From the NCBI RefSeq assembly GCF_035084215.1, contig NC_090348.1, positions 26,288,001 to 26,352,000 on the forward strand: 64,000 nt of DNA. The letters run 5' to 3'. This document shows positions 56,664 to 64,000 of this stretch, piece by piece. This DNA is from Heptranchias perlo. Its lineage: Eukaryota. The position numbers and the translations under genes were made by a program. The notes beneath the pieces are model-generated. The model ran no database searches, was not told the DNA's origin, and saw only the letters and a program-made list of their open reading frames with translations. The first letter of the stretch is position 1. Every line of letters starts with the position of its first letter.

Positions 56664-59600
56664 GAGTAAGCATGCTAGAGCCTGATGCCCACTTATTAAT
56701 CACTTCCTGGTCACAAGCTACAGACACACAAGTACTTGTAAGGATCTAATGTATGAAGGAACATTAAAGCAGCACCAACTTCATCTTCACTGCATATCCT
56801 TCTCAATGCAAATGGAAGTGGCACAGCTGATGTTGTATTGACACTAGTTTATTGGAATCACAAAAATGTAAGTCTACAATTCTACTGTTGGCATTAAGGA
56901 GCCAGTTTTAGCAATGTTACTGTGTGGAGTTTGCTAGCGGATATCAGTCTCCTGTGATCAGAATTACAAGAGTACCAAATGTAAAAGCACCCAGAATGAA
57001 CTGAGCACAATCTCAGTGGATAACAGTGTAAACAATTCTAATCTTGAACTGCCAATTGAAATGAGCCTACCTGCCATGATCATTCTGGGCACCAGTATAA
57101 AAGGAATAGTGTACAAACAAAAATTATTCTGGTGAGGCACCAGTAATTTAAATATAGATGAGTTTTCTCTCATTGTCATGTTTAGATATGTTGGTCAGGC
57201 TTTCAGAAGACATGTCTCTTCTATCTTCAGTACCACACATAATTACTACTCACTGCTATAAAGTCCTTTAGACATGTGCTCCAAAAACTTGACCAGCATG
57301 TCCAAATACTACAGTGAGAGAACACCTATCCGTAGGCACTGTTACATTTAGTGCTTCTGTAGTTCGGATAGTAGGAGAGTGACATTCGTGCACCACTCTC
57401 CTCATATACATTACTAAAATGTGTCTCTTTATTCTAAATCACAAAATTGGATCAGGGTAAGTAATCCACTTTTAACAATGCAAACATGGGGAGCTGGTGG
57501 ATGGATAGCTGTGGTTGTCCTGCGAACTAAACTACAGAAGCACCAAATGGAAAGTCACTTTTAATTTTTTTAAATTTAAAAACCATATCTTTTGTCTGAA
57601 ACTTGCTGTAAGTACATTTAGTGAAAGTATTATTCGGTGTTTGGCCCATTTCAGCTTCATTTTCTATAACAGTTCTCAACCCCTCCCACCTGGGCCATAC
57701 ATTTGTAACTGTCTGCATTCTGTCAGCTTCAGCTATTAACAGAGTTCAATGTGAGATAGTGACAGACAGCATGGAGACTGTACTACCATTATATATGGTG
57801 ATTGACTGAAAAATCCTCACATGCTTGATTTACTATAGTTGATCAAAGTGAACGGATGGTTGTTATGGTGGCAAAAGGTTAAAAAGAAAGATTGTGATAT
57901 AGAAACAAAATATTCCAATAAATACAATGCTGATGCTTCATAGTGATGACTCCTGTTCATTATCTGTCTGTAAACGTTTACCAGTAAAAATCAAATTTGG
58001 AATGCCCTTTGCATTTAAATTCACAAATTATTTGGGTGCCTGAAATTCTTGGAATTTCACTCTGTTTCTGGAAGCCTGGTGGGTGGGACTTCCTGCCGCC
58101 AATGTGCTGCAGCCCAGGTCCCTGGAGTCGAGGTTATTTGAATAGAGAGGGCGGGCAACTGCACCATTTCTGATGTTCCTGGGGCATGTGCCTCATGGTG
58201 TGGAGGGGGGAGGGGTTGAGAGAAAGGAATTTCACAGAGGCAACATGGCGTTCCATCTGGGGACGGGCCTTTCTAACATTGAAAAATGTTTTTTAAAGTA
58301 TCTCCAATTTTGGCTGTTGACATTACGTGAACATCTCATTACTCTGCACTAGCAAATCCACCCAGCTTGAGCAAAATTCTGAATAAAAAAAATAAACTGA
58401 AAAATAAACCACTTATGTTGAGGCTGTCACAGCTTGATTGTTCGTTTACTATAAAACAATGGTCCTCCATTTGTTGGATGGGTTAGACTTCAATTCGAAG
58501 TTTTTTTTTAAAAAAATGGGAAATGACTGTTGAAATGTTGTTCTTGAATCGTGTATACACTTGTCTAGACTAATTTATTTTGTCACATCTGACATCTCTA
58601 GAATTTTTATATTCAAATAATGAATTCTTCCACTCAAAATATATTTATTTTCCATTTTTGCCCTCCAAATGCTGACTCCGACTATTTCTGTACTTCCTGC
58701 ATCAGCTAGGAATAATGGGGTTGTCTGGGTTGTGGAGCTCACCATGAGTATTATCATAGGGCTTTGTAACGGGCTGGCAGGATGTAGGGAGCAATTGATC
58801 CAAGGATGCTTTTTCTCCCCAATGTGGAACATGTCACAACTGCACAATGCACTAACATCAGCATTGAAAATTGATGAAACCTGTGCCACAAGGGTAAGAG
58901 ACTCAGGTCGAATACAGCCACTGGAATTCTGTCTCAACCCTCTTGAGCAGTTTTTATATTGGAATTATTTAAAGCTTCTTTTATATTGAGACCTGTACTA
59001 GTGATGCAGCTTCTGACACACATGTCTCTCACAGTTAGATGTAAACTGAAAGTAAATTTGCTGTGGTTTGCTAATGTCAGCAGCTGGGAAGACCTGGTTA
59101 AATACATGCTTACCTAACTGCTGACCATAGGAAATTTACCTTCAGGTTGCAGCTGGCTGTGTGACACCTGTGAGTCAAAAGCCAGCCCTAATAGCATGAG
59201 TATTAGCACAATATAAGTACGGCTCTAGTTTGAATTCCAGGAGACTGACATCTGTGAGCAGGCTCTCACTGTTTACTCTCCTAAATACAGCTCCTTTATC
59301 CTAATGGCAGACTCATTGGCCCAGTTTTTCATAGGCCTACAAATGTGCTGTCAGGATGATGGAGCCAAAGTTAGAAGTATTAACTACTAGGAGACGGCTC
59401 ACAGACATCAGCCTGTCAGAATATGAATGTGCCAATTGTTATAAAGGCAGCTTTAGTTAGAATCCAGCACTCTTCTACTGAAGTTACTTGGTCACAATTC
59501 TGCCACTTTAATATATTCTAACCTTTATAAATCAAACATTGGTTCAACTGACAATGGTTTACAACAGGACTTCCTTAACTACACACAGGATATAGCTGTT

Positions 59601-60299
59601 AAAATATTTCTATGAAAAATTGTTGCTACTGCTCAAAGTTGCAGTCAACAAAGTTACACTTTAATTGCTAAAAAGAAATCCCAAAGAAGCTTGGTAGGTA
59701 GAAGTCACAGTACTGAGACTCATCACTGACAACACTGTTAAAAATGGCTCCACAGAGATTTCCCAGCACTAAAACATTACAGCCCATTAACTTACTTCAA
59801 AGTAAACAACAGGTACATCAGAACTATTTGTAAACAATCAGGAAAGTAAGCGTGATTATCTTGTCTGCTCCTCGTGCTCTTTTTGTCTACTGCCTGTAGT
59901 CGGCTACTGATTACCAGTGATAAGGCACACGAGCATCAGAACTCCACAATGTTGTCTGGCATTAGAGGTGTTAAAACAGAAACAATATGTCACAGTCTCA
60001 ACAAAACGTTTAAGTAATCAGCCACTTTGACTCCAACATGCTTGATTCTTTAAATGGTGAACATGGTAAGAATAATTAAATTTGGTGGCTATTAATATCA
60101 TCTTGTATAAAAAAGATTCTGCAAAATGTTTACCTAGTAAATTGAATGAATAGGAACTGATAACTCGCATTGCAGTATAAAGTAATTATATATTAGTGAG
60201 ATACTAAAAAAACGATTTTGTGATCCCAGCAAAATTGGGCTGTGCATGCCTGTGGCACCTGGGTTGTGTGAGACAAGCCTTTCCCCTCCATTTACCTAG

Positions 60300-60600
60300 G
60301 CTACTTGAACATAGACAGTCATAGGTAGTCAGGCCTGCAAGCAGATTAGCTGCCAGTTGCATTTAAAGGGCAGCAGTGTGCTCTTGAAAGGGCCAAATGA
60401 CCATTTGCCGTCAGTTAATATGGCTGCAAAGAGCAATGTTGGCAAAACTGCCTCTTTCAATGACCGCACCTTGGAGGTTCTTCTACAAGAGGTGCAGCAA
60501 AGGCGGGTGGTTCCTTCTGGGGAGACCGTCACGTTCCTGCAAAGGTGGGATGTGGCAGCTGCTTGAAGTGAGGTAGTGGAGCAGGTCAAAAGATTTTCAG
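60300..60600 (+). mobile_element. Decayed Harbinger Myb/SANT gene remnant
   Basis: TTTAAAGGG upstream; MAAK...ASFNDRTLEVLLQEVQQRR resembles [20 protein letters not shown] of the intact element. Confidence 0.55.
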
Positions 60601-61099
60601 GCACCCACATGCTTTCACTTTCTCCTTGGAAGGTGTGGTCCACAGGATGGGGTGGATTCATTGCCTGGGCGGAACATGGAGAGGAAAATCGGGTGGGGAG
60701 GCATCCGAGCCCACCTGATTTTCCTTCCATTTAAATTAATGAGAAGAAAATCAGGCTGGCTCCATTACTTGCGTACAATCCTCCTCACCTGATTTTCCTA
60801 CCTACACTCTGCTCAGGTAATGCTTAATGCCCAAGTGGTAAAGACAAAAATCTACCCCAATATGTTTATCCCCTCCATCTCATGGACAAAACTTGTTGAG
60901 AACATGTTTTGCTTTTCACAGTACTCTTGAATGCTTTCAAAGATGGAGGACACAATTACAGTGGGTCACCGTAATACACTTAGTAATTGCAAGTACTGCC
61001 ACCACAAATTCCATACCACCTCCTTTGCAAAGTGCTGCCTGGGAGGGAAGTGTTGTAAAGGGTGCTGAACGAGTTCCTATAATGTTTTACTGTGTTCTG

Positions 61100-61570
61100 C
61101 TTGTAGGCTCAGTTGTAGGACCAAGTTAGGGCAGTGCCAAGGATTTGGACCACAAAGAAGAGACAGTGAAGGAGGATGGAGTTGTTAAACATTTTGAACA
61201 CTGCGGATAGATCGAGGAGGACAAAATGAGACAACGTGCCATGGTTGCAGTCACAAAGGATATCATTGGTGACTTTGATCAAAGTGGCTTTAGTGCTGTG
61301 GTCAGGGCAGAAACTGAAATGAAGGGGTTCAAATAGGGTATAATGGGAAAGGTGAGCATAAAGCTGAGTGGCAATAACATGTTCAAGGACCTTAGAGAAA
61401 AGGGAGGCTAGGAATGAAGCAGTAATTGGAGAGGACAGAGGCGTTGAGGGTGGGCTTTTTGGGAAGGGGAACAATGATAGCAGTTTGAAGAGTGGGAAAT
61501 GGTGCCTGAGGAAATTGAACTATTGATGATGCCAGTAAGCTTTGGGGCAAGGAAAATTAGTTGTATGCTC
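61100..61570 (-). mobile_element. L2 LINE RT fragment
   Basis: SKVLEHVIA, HSTKATLIKVTNDIL, LLDLSAVF. Confidence 0.8.
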
Positions 61571-63054
61571 AAGAGTTGAGTTTGGAGGGAGACAAGAATG
61601 CAGGAGGTGTTTGTTCTGAGTTAGTGGAACTGATCCAAGACAGCACTGGAGGCACAGAAAAAAAAATCTGCCAAGGTCTCTGCTCTGCATTACTGTCACA
61701 TGACCGCTGCTAGAAAATGTACAAGAGACAATGTTGGATGAATTGTGCTTGGTTGTTGTTCCTTCCACAATTGAATAGTCTTCCAATGCTCACTGTTATG
61801 GCTCACATATGAAGAATGGCCACTTGGGTGAAGTACTGCAGAGCTGCCAATGGTGAAGAGCCACATACCTCAGTAAGACTTAAATTATACTAAATTGTGG
61901 GGTATCTCGACAGTAAAATAGATTAATAGTGTTACACAACCCCCATATCATATCCTTTTTTGTCTGTTCAGTTTTTAAAAACTTGCATCATTGTGAAGAT
62001 AAGAGAAAAATGAGGTAGAATCTGGTTCAGAATTTCAGTTTAAAAAAAATTATCCAAACATTTATCTCATACATTTTGGATTCTATTAAATGGTTATAAT
62101 GAAATATGTCTTACCTCAATTAAACAGTTCTGGTTCCTGGATTAGTCAGCGGGTTGCCTAGTTATTCTTCAGCACCTCTAGTGACATCAAGAATTAAGCA
62201 GGGTTGGAAACAGAACATATTTCCCACCATTCTGTGCTACCATATCTTAGTGCTCCATCATGTTGTGTCACTTCTGCATGAAATGCGTAAATACATTTTT
62301 GAAATTGTTGCACAGATCTAATTGGCATCATGAATATCATTGCATTACTGATCCCATTGTGGTTTCCTTGTTTGCTGTAACCTTTTAATGCACAAAGCAA
62401 TGTACCATAAAACATGTCCTTTTAAGTGTCAACATAGTGCTAAAATCGCCCCATGTACTATTGCCCATCAGCTCCCCCAGTGGCTCAGTGAGTAAATTCA
62501 TCAGGTGTCGTACTGCACAATACAAACTGGGAATGCTTCAAATTCAATCTCTGTTCTGTGGTGAATTAGTTAATATCAGCTATGGCAACTCAACAACTGC
62601 CCCATATGTCTCAGGATAGGGAGGGGAATAATCAGCCAGAATTCCTGCTCCTGATCACTATCCAGTGACCCCTGCTCGAAAGTGTGCATGTTTACATTGG
62701 TTGCATGCAGAATGCTCAAACAAGTTAACTCCATGGCAGAGTAAGTAATCCAATACCTGAGCCAGGAAGGTCTGTAGTACTCCAGGAAACTTGGAATAAT
62801 TGGCCAGCCAGCTTGGGTTGTTAAAATGAGCTGCCACAAGAGATTGGGACTCTTCCTGCTTGTATCCTGATAACTCTGGAAGCCAATGATCTAACTGATA
62901 GGGTGGTCCTGGCTTGACAAGCAGTGGGCAGTTTGCCAGTGGTTAATGCGGGCTCCCTAGATGTTGGATCTTGCCTAGGTGGCAGCACCGGCCGGAGGCC
63001 GCTCCGCGGGGGGGGTGTGTGTGCTTGTCTCTCTCGTCGGGTGGGTGGACTGGA

Positions 63055-63138
63055 ATGGCGAACGCAAAAAAGAAACGGGAGCCGAGGCTGAAGCTGAGCC
63101 GCGAATGGACCCGGGTCCCGTACAAACGGCGGCTGGAG
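63055..63138 (+). CDS. Putative first coding exon of an unidentified gene (MANAKKKREPRLKLSREWTRVPYKRRLE)
   Basis: CpG island at about 62940-63330; GGAATGG Kozak context; 28 codons ending at a strong GAG|GTGAGC donor. Confidence 0.6.
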
Positions 63139-63539
63139 GTGAGCGCGGGCCTGTCGGCCGTGGAACATGGGAGTTAAATACAAGCAGACGGTGGGTGGCA
63201 GAAAGTAGCTGGGATCCGGCCTGTGGTCCCGGGGTTCGCTGTAACACCTGTACCCAGACCAGGTTAATCAGGAGCGGCCTGAACTCGGCCCTCGGTGGCG
63301 GATATTACGGCCGCTCCTTGTTTGAGCCTCTCGCATGTGCTCAGGTAGATTTAATACAATCGATAGCAGTTTTTTGTTATTGTTGTGGACAATAATGAAT
63401 TACCGATGTGGGCAGGGCCCATTCTTGATTCTCAACTTGTTACATAGAAATAGGGCATTTAGCCCAACTGGTCTACGCCGGTGTTTGTGCTCCACAAGAG
63501 CCTCCTCCCACCTTAATTTCATTTCCCCCTATCACCACA

Positions 63540-64000
63540 TCCTTCTGTTCAACCTTGGCGTCGTATTTGACCCTGGGATGAGCTTCCGACCACATATCGG
63601 CTCCGTCACCAGGACCGCCTACTTCCACTCCTGCCTCAGCTCATCTGCTGCTGAAACTCTCATCCTTGCCCTTGTTACCTCCAAACGTGACTATTCCAAT
63701 GCTCTCCTGGCCGGCCTCCCATCTTCCACCCTTCATAAACTTGAGCTTATCCAACACTCTGGTGCCTGTATCCTAACTCCCATTCATCCATCACCCCTGT
63801 GCTCTCTGACCAACATTGGCTCCCGGTCCGGCAACGCCTCAATTTTAAAATTCTCATCCTTGTTTTAAAATCCCTTCATGGCCTCGCCACTCCCTATCTA
63901 GGAACATAGGAACAGGAGTAGGCCATTTACCCCTCGAGCCTGTTCCATCATTCTGTGAGATCGTGGCTGATCTGTGACCTAGTCCATTAACCTGCCTTAG
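63540..64000. mobile_element. L2 fragment (+) interrupted at about 63898 by a CR1 3' tail (-)
   Basis: NLGVVFDPGMSFRPHI, DYSNALLAGLP; then the reverse complement of the CR1 tail seen at 36486-36575. Confidence 0.8.

Noticed and set aside
1-64000. CRISPR array, rRNA or prokaryotic operon
   Set aside because: The window is intron-rich vertebrate DNA; no regularly spaced repeat-spacer array or rRNA-like sequence was seen.

Overview
Vertebrate genomic DNA, most likely an elasmobranch (shark or ray); this is inferred from the repeat families and gene content. Host genes: the start of TUBGCP6 (- strand, running off the left edge), a complete 20-coding-exon HDAC10 (+ strand, 7103-39981, 679 aa) arranged head-to-head with it, a complete 4-exon sizzled (szl, - strand, 48088-49602, 287 aa), and a CpG-island first exon of an unidentified gene at 63055-63138 (+). 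Introns and intergenic DNA hold CR1, L2 and Tx1 LINE fragments, tRNA-derived SINEs, MITEs, an apparently intact two-gene Harbinger transposon (26553-30731), and two Penelope-type inserts carrying minimal hammerhead ribozyme motifs. The most unusual object is a 3.3-kb TSD-bounded LINE (8795-12121, -). It starts with a tRNA-like Pol III A/B-box head, has no ORF1, has no TTTT run on its sense strand until a T5 just before the poly(A) tail, and has no in-frame AUG ahead of its EN-RT ORF. It also has a 16-bp complementarity between its 5' leader and its stop-codon region. This makes it a candidate Pol III-transcribed, cap-independently translated retrotransposon family, with a head-plus-tail SINE relative also present in the window. 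All counts and alignments were done by eye.
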